A stretch of DNA of 64,000 nt from Eledone cirrhosa (GCA_964016885.1 OZ024740.1:172422001-172486000); one strand, 5' to 3'. Shown: positions 1-13,631, counted from the stretch's first letter. Numbers and translations are program-made. The notes: generated by a model not told the origin, from the sequence alone.

Positions 1-300
1 GAGTTCAAATCTCGTCGTGGTTAGCTTTCCCCTCTCCCCAAATTGCTGGCCTTGTGCCTATCGTAGATAGTATCATTACTATTATTGAGGTGGATTGGCA
101 GTATCGCGTCGGACACCATGCTTTGTAGCATAGAGTTATGGCCCTTTACGTTCTGAGTTCAAATCCCACCGAGGTTAGCTTTACCTTTCATCCTTTTGAG
201 GTCGATAAAATAAATTACCAGTCACGCACTGGGTCAATTTAATCGACTTTCACCTCTCTTTCAAGTTGTTGGCCTTGCGCCTATTGTAGAAACAATTATT
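1..300 (+). mobile_element. Two tandem tRNA-derived SINE copies (first internally deleted)
   Basis: B-box-like GAGTTCAAATCCC followed by core TTTCATCCTTT..GGTCGATAAAATAAA..ACCAGT and tail TTGCTGGCCTTGTGCC; the same sequence recurs more than 10 times in the window. Confidence 0.85.
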
Positions 301-599
301 ATTGACGACTGGCATGGGAAGATGTGTTACTGAGAGCTCCTGAAAATGTATTTATGTTAGGTTGTTTGAATTGTAATATGCGGAAATATATTTGCTGTTA
401 ACTGTGAATGGGGTGCCATACATTGCTTTCTGAAAAGTCTAGTCTAGTCTAAGTCTAGAGCCTGTCTTAAGCCAGGGAGCTCGTGAAGCCGGTGCTTTTC
501 TCGGTTTTATCGATCTTCTTTTGTTGAACCATTATGTTACGTGAAATAAACACAAGCTGTGGCACATACGTAAACATACAAACGGACAGGGACACACAT

Positions 600-682
600 A
601 TACACACATACGCATATTCATGCACATAAACGCACATACACGCGCACTTACACACACACACACGCACACACACGCACACACG

Positions 683-769
<87 letters not shown>

Positions 770-770
770 G
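600..770. repeat. (CA)n microsatellite
   Basis: Direct reading; explains ORFs 467-967. Confidence 0.95.
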
Positions 771-940
771 CGCTTCCGCATTTTCCGGATCCCAAATTTG
801 ACTCAAAATGCATTGATCAACTTGGAGTTATAGTAGAAGACACACTCAACATAGTATGCAGTGGGACTGAACCCGAAACCACAGGATTGCAAAGCGAACC
901 CCTTAACTACACAACTAATATCTCATTATTTATCTTATAT

Positions 941-1340
941 AGGGCGGTGGATTGGCAGTATCGGTAGAGCGTCGGACACCATACTTTGCAGCATAGAGTT
1001 ACGGCCCTTTACGGTCTGAGTTCAAATCCCGCTGAGGTTAACTTTGCCTTTCATCCTTACGGGGTCGATAAAATAAAACACCAGTAATGTACTGGGGTCG
1101 ATGTAATCGACTTTCCCCTCCCCCCAAAAATCAAATTACTGGCCTTGTGCCTATACTAGAAATCATTCAGTACTGGTAGAGGGTCAGACATGCTTTCCAG
1201 CGTAGTTACGTCCCTTTACGATGTGAGTTCAAATCCCGCCGAGATTAACTTTGCCTTTCATCCTTACGTGGTCGATAAAATAAAGTACCAGTAATGTACT
1301 GGCTAATTGTTGGCCTTGTGCCAAAAGTAGAAACAATTAT
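941..1340 (+). mobile_element. Two tandem tRNA-derived SINE copies
   Basis: A-box-like TGGCAGTATCGGTAGAGCG, GAGTTCAAATCCCGC, core TTGCCTTTCATCCTTACGGGGTCGATAAAATAAA present twice. Confidence 0.9.
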
Positions 1341-1879
1341 TTATCTTATATATATTTAACTGACATTAACAAAGTTCCAGCTTCTGCTAGTTCTAACCCC
1401 CTCCCCCCCAAAAAAAAACCATATGCAACCCTCCGGTTGCAGATTTCCAATTTTGTTGTTGTTGTTATTGTTGTTGCTCTGAACAAACATCAGAAGTCTT
1501 CCAACAATGACCACCCCGCCTTTTCAAGCATTGTTTAGCGCCAATCTACATCATCTAATGGGTCATTTTAAACTCTTCCGTTACCATATATTTTATAAAA
1601 GACGCTGCCAATATTTTTTGAATAATCAGGAATTTAAAGGGGTTTAGTAATATAATTAACTTTTTAATTTGGTGCTTGGATCATAATTAAACAACGATTC
1701 TTACATAAAATTAGGATGAAAGGTTTTCAGATACACATAAGCAATTTAAAATAAAAACGTTTTTCACAGTACTGGGGACGTCTTCAGGTGTTTTGGTACT
1801 AAAAGTATTAAAAGACAGTGAGGAAAGTAGATTTAACTGCTTTTTTGTAGCAACCCGAGTCACCACGTAAAGCTATCCC

Positions 1880-2200
1880 TGGTTTAGTGGTTCAGTTTGC
1901 TTCGCAATCATGAGGTTCCGTGTTTGATCCATTGTGTGATATTATGGGCAACTGTTTTCACCATAGCCTCGGGTTAACCCAAACATTATGAATGAAATTG
2001 GGTAAACGGGAGCAATGTGAAACCCAGTGTAATTAAAAGGACCAGGCTTATCACATTTTAGTCATGCTGATTCTTTCTGAAAATTATGGCAAGTGTACAT
2101 GTATCTGTGGAATACTAAACCAATTGTAGGTTATATCACAAATCAGACGCTCAGTTGATCGAATGACACAAGGCTCACCGTCGAAACCTCCGGAAGATTC
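1880..2200 (+). mobile_element. Second tRNA-derived SINE family, degraded
   Basis: tRNA-like head (GGTTTAGTGGTT..GGTTCCGTGTTTGATCC), then GGGCAACTGTTTTCACCATAGCCTCGGG..GGTAAACGGGAGCAATGTG; related copy on minus strand near 16400-16600. Confidence 0.6.
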
Positions 2201-2289
2201 GTTATGTAGATAAGGTCTAAGAAATTAAAACATGTCTATAATTGCCCATTACATGGAAAGAAAGATCAAACTTTCCTTCCTATTGAAAT

Positions 2290-2515
2290 TATCTCCCTTT
2301 CCATTGAGAGTCGCTAAAAATTGCCGCTAGATTTTTGTTTTCTATCTCCGACCTCTAAAGAAGTCGTCCTTATCCTCGGTTCTCCCATCATCCCGCCCGA
2401 CATATGCTCCACCCTCATGTCCAGGCTTCGTCAGCTCGAAACTCTGACGAACAGACTGAACCTGACCGACGCCTTCCTGTTAAAGAACTGCTTCGCCATG
2501 CAGAAGATCAAATGA
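2290..2515 (+). pseudogene. Fragment of non-LTR retrotransposon RT C-terminal region (CRE-like)
   Basis: LILGSPI...SRLRQL...AFLLKNCFAMQKI resembles the LLGSPI..LLKNCFAIPKL segment of CRE-type elements (recalled similarity). Confidence 0.5.
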
Positions 2516-3449
2516 GAATCCAACTGTATACTCATTTAACATGTAAGAATTTTAGTTGCTTAATATTTTTATTATCAAGCTGGTATTTGAAACAAATTCT
2601 TATAACTGAAACAAAAACGCTTTGTTAAAATGTTAAATGATTAAATATTTCACGAAGAGATCTATAAATGACAATATTACTTAAACAAACCTTACAGATG
2701 TCTATAGTAACACAGAATTGAAAGTGAGAGGTAACCATAGTTCTATATACTTTCAGCTGGAAAAATATAACATAGAGGAAAATTTCAGTTAAGTAAGATA
2801 TTTTTATATATAATATTCCTTGTATCAGCCTTTAACTTATTTATCGAACCGATATAATTAATTAACTTACTAATCTGCCCTCGTAATATAAAAACGTCTT
2901 AATTTTGTTTAAATACATTTTTAAGAAAAGGCATTAATTTGCTCTACATGTATTTTGCAGACAATATAGCTATCATGTAATCATTAGGCCTGCCAGGAAT
3001 AGCAGCCACAATGTCACTCAAGTCACACTATCTTAAAAAGGAAGGACACACCGAATGGTGTAGTCCTAAAATGTGAAGGCTTGAGAATAAGTGGTATACT
3101 TTTGATAAGTTTGTTTGATGATAAATTTGTTCGAGATCCTCGATTTCCTGAGCCGAAATCAAATATGGTTTTTCTCCTTCCGGGGTCGATAAATAAAGTA
3201 GCAGTCATGTACTGAGGTGTATTCTTCATATACGTCTCTTTTTTATTCTCTATTCCCGACTTTTCGAAATCAGTTATACCCCCCCGCCCACCCACCCGTA
3301 TGGGACTGCTCATAACGTCCATTTCTTCATAAATGTAGAAGGGTTGAGCGAGGCGCTAACATCCATTTTTTATGAAAATACTGATATGCTCTAGGAAGCC
3401 TTTTTAAACTAAACAACAAAAAGAGCAACAAAAACAAAAAAATAACAAG

Positions 3450-3900
3450 TAGTTATGCCACCCGATAAGATGTCTTTATGGTAGATTGATTGTTTCCAGC
3501 TTGTTGGTCACAGAACCTTTTGGATCTTCTGAAGTATTACTAGGCGTCCGTTAGCTTGTGGAGTTGACAGGCATTTCAAAAACCTGATGATCGTGGGGAA
3601 ATTTATTTGAATAAACTAGTCCCTTGTTAATGAAACGGTTGTGAAAAGCTATTAAATGATTGTTGAATTATCATAGTATTGTTTTCCGATTTGTCCGTCT
3701 ATAGCTTCCATCGTGTAAATTATTATCTTAACATTTCTTTAGAAAGCATTAAGTCTTATTAGTAGGAATCTTATTGCACAGTACGCTGTATCTGTTTTAT
3801 AATTTATTTACCGCCCAGTTACGACTATCGTATACAGTTAGTAAATTATCTTAAACTTATTCATGCTCTACAGTGATTTGTCTTCGCCTATTGACAGCCA
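3450..3900 (-). pseudogene. Possible MULE transposase C-terminal remnant
   Basis: Minus-strand fragments RTN...SFHNRF...FPTIIRFLKCL resemble RTNNxxExWHNRF..HPxIWxFIxxL; heavily frameshifted. Confidence 0.35.
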
Positions 3901-4160
3901 TCGAATAAATAATATCATTATTGCTAACTCTCATATATATTATGTAATGGCACTCAAGTATTCTGCGTCATTTCTGCGTTGTTTTGTTTTCTACTTGGTT
4001 ATACAATAAGTAATACTTAATAACACAGAACAATTAGCTGATTGGTAGCTCATTTAATTGCACGGTTTATTGCTTGTATATATTACATTGTGTTTTATAG
4101 TAAACTACTTCAATGTTTTCTTACCTCATACAGTCACATACCTTAATATATATATAATAA

Positions 4161-4211
<51 letters not shown>

Positions 4212-4224
4212 GCTGGAGATGATC

Positions 4225-4282
<58 letters not shown>

Positions 4283-4358
4283 GAGCATCTCCAGAAAACT
4301 TTCAGCACACAACATTTGTATAGGGTCTAGTTATTTTCATCTCAGTCCCGGTTGAATT

Positions 4359-4407
4359 AATGTCACTGATGAGAGATTAATGAATTTTGAAACAGCTGTC
4401 TAGTATT
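4359..4407 (+). ncRNA. Minimal type I hammerhead ribozyme motif
   Basis: aatgtca CTGATGA(4366-72) gagatt-aatg-aatttt GAAA cagctg TC tagtatt; palindromic stem III loop, imperfect stem I. Confidence 0.6.
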
Positions 4408-4541
4408 CTCATCGGCTATGAGATGTATGTGACATGTTCACTGAACAAAAGAGAGAAAAATTATTTTTTCATAATGAAAAAATATTATTCTTTGATAAGG
4501 AGGCTCTCATACATACATACATACATACATACATACATACA

Positions 4542-4572
<31 letters not shown>

Positions 4573-4699
4573 GTGTGCGTGTGTGTGTATGTGTGTGCAT
4601 ATATATGTGTGTGTGAGTATGTGTGTGTGTGTATAAACGGATTGTCTGTTCAATATTTGACAACTTCAGTGTACAAGATGCTCAGTTCCGGCATGAGAT

Positions 4700-6600
4700 C
4701 TCATGTGGCTTTTTTTTAGAGTAGACATACTTTTAAAAAACCGTTCACATAAATTGCACATTAGTTTTAGTGCAGCTTGGACTGCCTGTGTATATCGACG
4801 AACATTGAAATGTTTCTTTAAACCGCTTTAGGATTTGCAGATCTTGTTGCATATGTGGCATTGATAAGGGTGAACTGATATGTATGTTTTATAATCTGTA
4901 GGATGTTCCTTATTGCGTGTTCTTATATGAGATGGAAATCCAGCCTCTGACTAGCAGATTCTGCCACAAACTCTACAAGTAAAAAAGGTTCCATTAATTT
5001 CATTTTCCAAAAGATTTCGCTGTTTTTTGAATCCTTATAGACATTTCTGAATCCAACTTTCCATCTTTATTCACTACACTCCAAAGGTATATGAAGGATT
5101 CAATAGTCCTAAAAAGATTACCTTTCATATATATTTTAGGTTGCTGCACAACTTGTCCAGGTGCAGGTTGACATAAAACTACCGTTTAACTAAGCTTATG
5201 GTCAAACCAAATATATTCAGAAATTAATAATTGCAATACATGCTCAGTATAACTGACAAGGTCACAATCATTAGCATACAATCGATTAGTGAGGTGAACA
5301 CTTTGCTCTTAAATTTCATCCTTGCTAAATTAAAGACATTTCTTGTGGTATGATATCTTACATATACTCCTTCATTGTTGTTTTGGAAAGTATGTTAGAT
5401 CATGGCAGTAAAATATATTGCAAAGATTGTAGATGCATCACGGTCTCCTTGTTTCATATAATTTTCACTGCAAAAGGCTCAGAGTGTGAGCCTAAAGTTA
5501 ACTCTGGCTTTCGTGTTTTTATGAGGAGCTTTCAATATATTTACAAACATCCAAATTTAGACAAAACCAACCATAAATCATTCCTAATAACAATATCGAA
5601 TGCCTTATTGAGATCAACAAAACAATGATAGAGAGTGGGGTTCTGGTCAATATATTTTTCCTGCAGTAGTTTGATTGTGAAGATCATATCACGAGTGCCT
5701 CTTTTCAAACGAAAACCAAATTGTGACTCTGATACGACTCTTGGCATTATGAATTTATTAAGCCGTTCCAAAAGACACCTGTCACAAGCTTACCGATAAC
5801 AGACAATACAAAAATGCCCTTAAAATCACTATATTGGTCTTTGGTATTTCCTCTTTCTCCCAACAATGGAGTATTACAGCGTGTAAATATTCTACCGTTC
5901 TCTCACCCCTGTGCTTGAGAATATCACCATCCAGGCCAGGAGATTTATTGCTATTTAATTTCTCTACAGCAGCATCAATGTCATTTCAAGTTGATTCTCG
6001 TGTGCTCTACCCAGTGGTTCTGAATAGAGACAATATCAGTCAAGAGTGATTGATCTGCAGTTCTTACAGGTATTATTGAAGAGGAATGTGGACCATACAC
6101 TTCTTTAATGTAGGAGAAAAAGACCTTAGTATGCTTGCGATCTTATGCTTGCATGGCTTTGTCTTGCTACCATTGTTGCTTAACATTTATCAAATCCTTT
6201 TGCACTTTCCTTTTTAGTCGTTTATAAGAGTTATTACAATTAGGATTGATTAATCAAGAAAGAAGTTTTTGACAAAGATTTTGTTTGTCCCTAAGTAAAT
6301 CACATATTCCAGAGTTGTTATCTGTAACCTAGTCATTGATTTCATACCTACTGATGCAGATACTGCCTGTTTAAGACTTTTATCTTAAAATCTTCCCAAA
6401 TATTGCTCGGGTGAAGTGTGAAAGTTGTGGATAGCATCGAAAGACTTGAAATTTGCCACATTAACTTCCTTTGATACTTGCTTAAGAGTGTCTAGCTTTT
6501 GGTGTTATAGTTAGATTGATCTGGCCCTGACAAGTCGATGATCAGTCCAGTCCAGCTCTCTGTTCTTCTCATTGTGCGAACACTAAATACATCTTTTACA
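4700..6600 (-). mobile_element. Degraded RTE (BovB-like) LINE
   Basis: ORF 5541-5771 SESQFGFR..GTRDMIF..LQEK..FVDLNKAFD (RT); WTDHRLV endonuclease C-terminus near 6525-6552; many stops. Confidence 0.85.
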
Positions 6601-6627
6601 TCCTATTTTCTAATTAAAATATAATCA

Positions 6628-6782
6628 ATGAAGGCGGCGAATTAGCAGAGTCGTTAGAACGTCGGATAGAGTGCTTTATGTTATTTATCCCGGCTCTCTG
6701 CTTCAAATCCCGGCGAGGCCAATTTTGCCTTATATCCTTTCGAGGTGAATAAAAAAAGTACCAGTCTAGTACTGGGGTAAAT
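6628..6782 (+). mobile_element. tRNA-derived SINE
   Basis: GAAGGCGGCGAATTAGCAGAGTCGTTAGAACG..TTCAAATCCCGGCGAGG..AGTACCAGT. Confidence 0.8.
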
Positions 6783-7375
6783 TCTTCCCCTGTATCTCTT
6801 TCTCGCTTCCTCTTCCTCTCTCTCACTTTCTACCCTTCTATGGAAGAAATCTGCTGTAATCAGGTCTGGAGAAGGATAGGCTCCGCCAGGCTTAAAAATT
6901 GCCCAAGAAACGCCGATGTCAATACAACGCTCCTATGACTCCAGTAGAAGTTACGGGACCATACCATAACCATAATCAATTATATGTCAATCCTTAAATC
7001 TTGGGTGCATCCCAGTGCTCTTCTATTTATCTTTCTTCTGAATGAAAGTGTTATTACAAATTGATGTTTCGTCTCAGACCAACTCAGATCCAGCTGACCA
7101 GTTATTAAAGGTTTTCTATTAGATAGTAGGATAGTGTTTGGAGAGATCTATCTGCTATTTCTAACAGGCTGGGTGATAAAGCAGAGGGTCTCTTGTTTGT
7201 TTGTCGGTGTCATTGCATGTGTATTTGCATTTAAGTACAAGAGTGTCGGTATGCTTATATGTACTAATTTGTTCCGTGAATTTTAGTCAAAATTAGTTAT
7301 ACCTTGCAGTGGAAAGTATATCAAAAATATTACTCACACTCTTCTTTTTCTTTTTTCTTTAATTTTATTTATTCA

Positions 7376-7497
7376 TCTATATATTACTAAAATTCTGCGA
7401 TTGCTTGCTTGTCTGCGAATACAAATGGAATAAAACAAGTTTCGCGTAAATCGGTGCACGGGTTCCCGAGATACGGGGTTTTTCCGGGTACCTTCAT

Positions 7498-7500
<3 letters not shown>
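7376..7500 (+). mobile_element. Possible non-autonomous Helitron 5' end
   Basis: Begins TCTATATATTACTAAAA, typical of Helitron 5' termini; no 3' end identified. Confidence 0.35.
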
Positions 7501-7553
<53 letters not shown>

Positions 7554-7592
7554 AGACAGAGAAGGAGAATGGGAGAGAGCTGGTGGTGTAGT

Positions 7593-7707
<115 letters not shown>

Positions 7708-7938
7708 GAATAATCGAGAATCGGAAAGTCAGCCTACGAATTTACGATAAACAAATCCGATATGCGTAGCAGAGGGCTCAATAATTTGGGTAAATCAGAG
7801 CTATAACTATCGTTAAAATGCTAACACATAGAGATCATGTCTAAAATCACCCAACAGCCGAAAGAACGACCAGGAAGATTCGGGTTAACTCAAATAAAAT
7901 ATCAATAAATCAATAAATTAAATGAATATAAAAACTTA

Positions 7939-8076
7939 CCCGGACCCGCTAGAAAGATGTTAAATCTAGCTTCATGGGTTTCTGCAATTCCTTACTCCGA
8001 TCACTATCAGCCCACATAAAAAATATATATGAGACTTCTAGAGAAGGGGGGACGGTGGAAAAGCTTCTTCAACGAG
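7939..8076 (-). ncRNA. Type I hammerhead motif with long stems II and III, inside a TA-flanked element (about 7700-8320)
   Basis: Minus strand: ctcg TTGAAGA [about 85-nt stem II] GAAA ccc..gctaga..tctagc ggg TC cggg. Confidence 0.55.
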
Positions 8077-8319
8077 AAATCCGTCCGATAATGAGAAGGA
8101 ACCCCGTAGCTAAATACGCACATGGTTTTCAGCAAGGGAGATAACCTCCACATTAGAGAAAAAATCTTCGGTAATGTGTAAATCTCGTAAAAATACAAAA
8201 TATCACATATCGAATCAGAGTGCTCGATGGACGTGTTAAAATAAACAAGAGCCATTCATCAGTCAATAAGATCGACATAGAACAATAAAATTAACTGGTC
8301 AATGGCTAACATCTAGAGC

Positions 8320-8350
<31 letters not shown>

Positions 8351-8400
8351 CGCGTGTATATGTGTGTGTCTATGACCAGTGTATATAGATCACAGACACC

Positions 8401-8460
<60 letters not shown>

Positions 8461-10062
8461 TACCAAAATATACGGTAGTGTCCAATCCGTATGAAGAACT
8501 CAATGTAATCCAAATATCGTGAAAAGAGAAGATGCATTCAAAAATGTTCGATAAAAATCATAGGAAATCAGAGTCAAGATAAACCTATTGGATCTAAAAA
8601 AATCTAGCAAAGTCCACGTCCACTCTGACAAAACTGGAAATCTATACCACATGGATATTGATAATTACAATGAGTTCATTTATAAGGAACTCAGGAAAAA
8701 TTATAAAAAAAAACAAATAATGCGGCTCTTACCAATATCAACAACAAAACATACAACATGGTAAATAAACTCAATATTGAAGACAGAACTGAACCTTTGG
8801 CACTGAAAAAACCACACTTTAACCTGAAAGATCACAAATCTAACTTTAACTCTAATCCTTCTATAAGACTTATATGGCCTTCCAAATCTGACATTGGCAT
8901 CATTAGTAAAAAATATTTTAGATAGAATTATCCCACAATTAAGAAAACACGTTAACTTACCACTCTGGGAAAACACATCCCAAGTAATTAATTGGTTTAC
9001 TAATATTAGAAATAAATCATTTGCTTCATTTCTACAATTTATATATATGCTTATTATTCCTCTATATCACCCATACTCCTGAACAAAGCCTTGATATTTT
9101 CCAAAAATAGATCAGACTTAACTATGGATGACATTAATATTATCACGCACGCTAGACAAACACTACTGGAGTTTCAGAAGGAATACTGGACCAGAAATAC
9201 ATATAGTAATCTCTTCGACATAACTATGGGCTCTAGTGATTCCGCCCAAATTACCGATCTTGTGGGATCTTTCTTCTATTTAACATTCATTCATCTTTTC
9301 CCCACCTTAAAGGTGGTTTATATCGTGATGACTGTCTTCTTCTTTCCACTAACCTTAGCCTATCAGAAATGAAATAAATAAAAAACTTATTAGAACTTTC
9401 CTCGAAGTCTATTACAATCTCACTATTACATTTGAAAACACCAGTAAAATAGTCAATTTCCTAGATATAACTTTAGACCTATCTACGGGTATCTACCAAC
9501 CTTACCATAAACCTAACCAAAACTTACATTACATACACTCACAATCCAATCACGCTAGATCTATCCTTAAAAACCTAGCATATAACATCTCACTCAGAAT
9601 CTCTAACCTTTCATTAACCAGGATGTATTCGATAAAAACGCGCCCTTTTATAATGAAGCTTTAGCTAGAAGTGGCCACAAAAACAAATTAGTCTACATAC
9701 CTTGTACCAATATTACTTCAAACGTACAACCCAATATTACCAAAAAACACCAAATGAAAAACCCACACCTAAATGTCACTCATACTACACCTAAAAATAC
9801 CAACCTAAAGCTTAATTTCTCTACCTCTTCTCACATAAAATATAATGACTTTCAAAACACCATTCATCCTAATACTCCAATATATTTAACAACATTACTA
9901 ACAAAATTCCTAGTAATCAGACTAAAACACCTAAATCAGTTAATCTAACTAAACCTATATATAATAAAGTCACTAATACTAACTCTCTTAGTAAACATCC
10001 TGATACATCGTATAAATATAAAAAACAATATCGAAACCGTAATAGACGGGTTACTTCGTATA

Positions 10063-10821
10063 ATGCTCCATTTAATCTACAAATTAAAGACAATATCCCT
10101 AAAAAAATTCTTTGCTATCCACATTAAAAACTTCCCACCAATCAATAAATACCATCAAATTTTAAATAGATCAACTGTCAAATTTTCCTACTCCACTACC
10201 AAAAATATACAACAGAATATAAGTACGTACAACGCATATAAGTGTAAAAAAACCACAAATATACCACCAACACATCAAACCAACCATAATACTAAAATAA
10301 ACCGCAACAAACCACCATCTCCTTCATCTATAACAAGTCGAGTAAACTCCATACCAAATTTGACTAACTCCTCTGTAATAATATTCATGAATGGTTGTAA
10401 CTGTAGAATCAAAAGAAATTTCCCATTACAGGGAAATTGTCTTATTAATAACATAGTCTATAAATGTAAAATTAGCACTAAGGACTCCACTTATTCATAT
10501 ATAGGAGCTACGTCTAACCAATTTAAAGTAAGATTTAATACCCACAAACATAGTTTTAAAAATGCCGCATTAGCTAATACAACATCCTTGGCTGAAACAA
10601 TTAATAATTATAGAAAGAAGAATATCGATTACAACCTGACCTGGAGCGTGCTCAAAAGGGCCACTCCTTATCAAAATAACAGATACGAGTGTAGGTTATG
10701 CTCCCAGGAACTTTTTGAAATCATTAAATCTAAGGATATCCTATTAAATAAGCGACAGGAATTAATTATATCTTGCAATCATAGAATTAGAAGAACCTTC
10801 AAATATTATAAACCTAATTAA
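10063..10821 (+). CDS. GIY-YIG endonuclease domain of the PLE ORF
   Basis: CNCR..PLQGNCL..NIVYKC..YIGAT..FKVRFNTHKHSF..CRLC..E..LLNKRQE..CNH. Confidence 0.85.
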   Translation: MLHLIYKLKTISLKKFFAIHIKNFPPINKYHQILNRSTVKFSYSTTKNIQQNISTYNAYKCKKTTNIPPTHQTNHNTKINRNKPPSPSSITSRVNSIPNLTNSSVIIFMNGCNCRIKRNFPLQGNCLINNIVYKCKISTKDSTYSYIGATSNQFKVRFNTHKHSFKNAALANTTSLAETINNYRKKNIDYNLTWSVLKRATPYQNNRYECRLCSQELFEIIKSKDILLNKRQELIISCNHRIRRTFKYYKPN

Positions 10822-11508
10822 TATACACCTTACTCTTATATTTTACAAATTATTATAATTGTTTTTTTTTAATTTAGTTAACCTATAATTAGTATTTTAC
10901 TGCAGAGAACTTCATAATTTTATTTCCCTCTTTTCCTAAAACTAATACCGATAAGTATACCTATAAATTAATTTAATTTAATTTCCTGTTATGTATCTAG
11001 ATTCCTTGTCGTTTATATAAGATTGGTATTCCTCACTACTACCCTGATCCCAAAATTTTACTTTCCTTCGTTTTTAACAACAATCTTTAATAACATTTAT
11101 TTCTTATTTATCACATTCATATGAATTAATATAACTTTACCCCTATAATATACTTATCAATTAATTTAACTTCTTGTTATAGATCTAGATTCCTTGTGGT
11201 TTAAATAAGATTGGTATTTCTCACTAATACCCTTACCCTAACATTTTATTTTCCTTTGTTTTTAACATTATTCTTTAATAACATCAAATGTTCGTGTACC
11301 TTTCACAATCTTCTTGACTTGACCTCTTTTCATCCCCAAAGTATTCTTTTCATTCAAAACATAAGTCTGCACTCATCTACCCCCAAATTAAATTTCTACT
11401 ACTGCTATTCTATCAACTTCACCTCTAACTACTTTTCTATTGGTCAATTCAAAACCTGTTCAGACCTTTTATATTAAATCTTTGTTGGTTTTTTTCAATA
11501 AACAAATC

Positions 11509-11644
11509 TCATCATTTCTGAGGACGGCTTGTATATGTGAAGGTATGTATATTTCCTCTGATAATTTGTAATATATTTACATAGATTTATATAATATACA
11601 TACCAACACACATATACATCCTAGAAACGATCGTAAAATGATGA
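11509..11644 (+). ncRNA. Type I hammerhead ribozyme in PLE pLTR
   Basis: tcatcattt CTGAGGA(11518-24) [about 99-nt stem II] GAAA(11624-27) cgatcg TA aaatgatga; perfect 9-bp stem I, palindromic stem III. Confidence 0.85.
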
Positions 11645-11809
11645 ATTTTTTAATATAACGAACTTGTTCTTTGTTTTTATTTCATTGTTTTTATTAATTT
11701 ATATATATATACAGACACACACACATACATATATATATATTTCCATACACACACACACATATATATATGGGCCTTTCAGTTTCATTTCACATTATATATA
11801 TGTCTGTAT

Positions 11810-11930
11810 ATACGGCCATTTATGATCTGAGTTCAAATCCCGCCTTTCATCTTTACGGGGTCGATAAAATAAAGTACCAGTAATGTACTGAATAATTGCT
11901 GGCCTAGTGCCAAAAGTAGAAACAATTATA
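11810..11930 (+). mobile_element. tRNA-derived SINE, partial
   Basis: CTGAGTTCAAATCCCGCCTTTCATCTTTACGGGGTCGATAAAATAAAGTACCAG. Confidence 0.8.
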
Positions 11931-13194
11931 TACATGTCTGTGTATATTTTAATTATTTAAAAATTATTTTTAAGTGAACATGATTTAAAAAAAATATTTT
12001 GAACGTGACCCGTTGGGTCACGTTTACTTCAAAATATTTTTTATATGGGTGGTCTAGTTTTTTATAAAAATTTAATTTCACAGTTGAGAAGCAATATATG
12101 TTTTCCTTATTTATTCTAACACCGTTAATTTAGCTTATATTTCCTCTATAATAAACAGACAGATTCTGTTTCAAAACTTTAGTTTTCTCTTAAGCTGTTG
12201 CGAGATAAGTAAATACAAAAGAAAAAAATATCTAAAGAGGCGGTGAAGGAATTTTAACTTTGAAGGTTAAATAGATAGCATTGTCTGAAAACACACTCAT
12301 TTACATTTCTTCTCTTTTTTATACACGGACACTGAATATTAATGGATTTTATTGTTCTTTATTTATTAATTGTTTATATAATTTACATTGCATAATATTT
12401 ACTGTAAACTGTCACTATTAATACTAAATATGGTGCAAATATATCACATTTTCAAAATTTCAATTTCAAACACTCCCATAAGGTTTCTTTATATCCGGCT
12501 TCGTTCTAGCTTCAAGTTGTATAGTATAGCATCGTAAGAAAGCTGGGAAGAAATGTCAGCAGCCCTTTGGGCATTGGTAATGCACTCGCACTGTATTTGA
12601 GAGATACAGGGTCTGACTCCTCGTAGACACTTCAGTAGTCTTTTTTTTCTTCTATTTCTAAGGGTAATTTACCCAATTTTTTCGAATATTATCTATAATG
12701 GTCGACAATTATTTTCTGCGTTTGGGACTTTTCGAATTTTCAAATATGATTATAGACATCTTCTAAATACTGACGGCCTCGTGAATGAGTACTTAATACC
12801 ATAGTAGACACTGATCATTTCTAAAATAATTTTTATGAAGGTCGATTCGGAATCGTATTGCTTTTGGGTTTGTGTAATGATCTTGTGAATACTCCAGGGT
12901 AAAATGAATGATTTCATATTAATAATAATAATAGTAATACTAATTATATATTAATTAATAGTAATACTAATTATATATATATACATACATATATCCAGGT
13001 AGATGATCAGCTAGGGCATTGTATCCAATTTGTGGATCTCGAGGTATCTTGAAGGAAGCACTCAACATCCTGAAGCATTCCATCATGCATACTTATCACA
13101 CACACTCACTCACACACACATAAACACACGCACGCATACAGACACACACGCACACACAGAAATATATAACTATATATATATATATATATAGTAA

Positions 13195-13315
13195 TAATTG
13201 TTTCTACTTTGGGCACAAGGCCAGCAATTATCCCAGTGCATTACTGGTACTTTATTTTATCGACCGCGTAAGGATGAAAGGCAAAGTTAACCTCGGCGGG
13301 ATTTGAACTCAGAAC
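13195..13315 (-). mobile_element. tRNA-derived SINE, partial
   Basis: Reverse complement of the SINE core (ACTTTATTTTATCGACC..GGATGAAAGGCAAAGTTAACCTCGGCGGGATTTGAACTCAG). Confidence 0.85.
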
Positions 13316-13364
13316 TATATAGTAATAATAAATGAAAAGAGGACTCGATAAGGGTTATATATAG

Positions 13365-13443
<79 letters not shown>

Positions 13444-13451
<8 letters not shown>

Positions 13452-13630
13452 AAGGCTTCTACGGGTCTAGAACTGTTTCATTCAGGAGAAATCATCAGGA
13501 AGCCTGATGATTTTTCCCGAATGAAACAGTTCTAGTCCTGTAGAAGCCTTTCGATATTAAATATTTATACTCTACTTTGTATTGAGTACCTTACTTACTG
13601 TCGTTACACGCGATTGAACCCGGGATAAAG

Positions 13631-13631
<1 letters not shown>
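13444..13631 (+). mobile_element. Family D: about 190-bp fold-back element with back-to-back hammerheads in (TA)n
   Basis: Minus HHR ggcttc CTGATGA..GAAA cag..ccg TA gaagcc (13454-13504); plus HHR core 13504-13548; unique 3' tail shared with 36638-36812. Confidence 0.8.

Larger units (their letters stand above)
8460..11700 (+). mobile_element. 5'-truncated Penelope-like element with YRDD-type RT and C-terminal GIY-YIG (tentatively Nematis-like)
   Basis: Frameshifted RT motifs SDKTGNLY, LKDHKSNF..P..RLI, FDITMGSSDSAQITDLVG, GGLYRDDC, VNFLDITLDL, YHKPN..SNH; GIY-YIG ORF; 3' UTR with about 185-bp tandem duplication (10970-11100 / 11160-11285); 3' hammerhead; flanked by (TAGA)n and (TA)n. Confidence 0.9.

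Noticed and set aside
3584-3602. CTGATGA..GAAA hammerhead-like string
   Set aside because: No stem I/II/III pairing; lies in a putative transposase remnant
11990-12045. Perfect hairpin AACGTGACCC-GTT-GGGTCACGTT
   Set aside because: Isolated short palindrome, probably a DNA-transposon subterminal remnant; no further support
12555-12635. tRNA-like sequence (similar piece at 16805-16850 minus)
   Set aside because: No complete cloverleaf; most likely decayed tRNA-derived repeat heads
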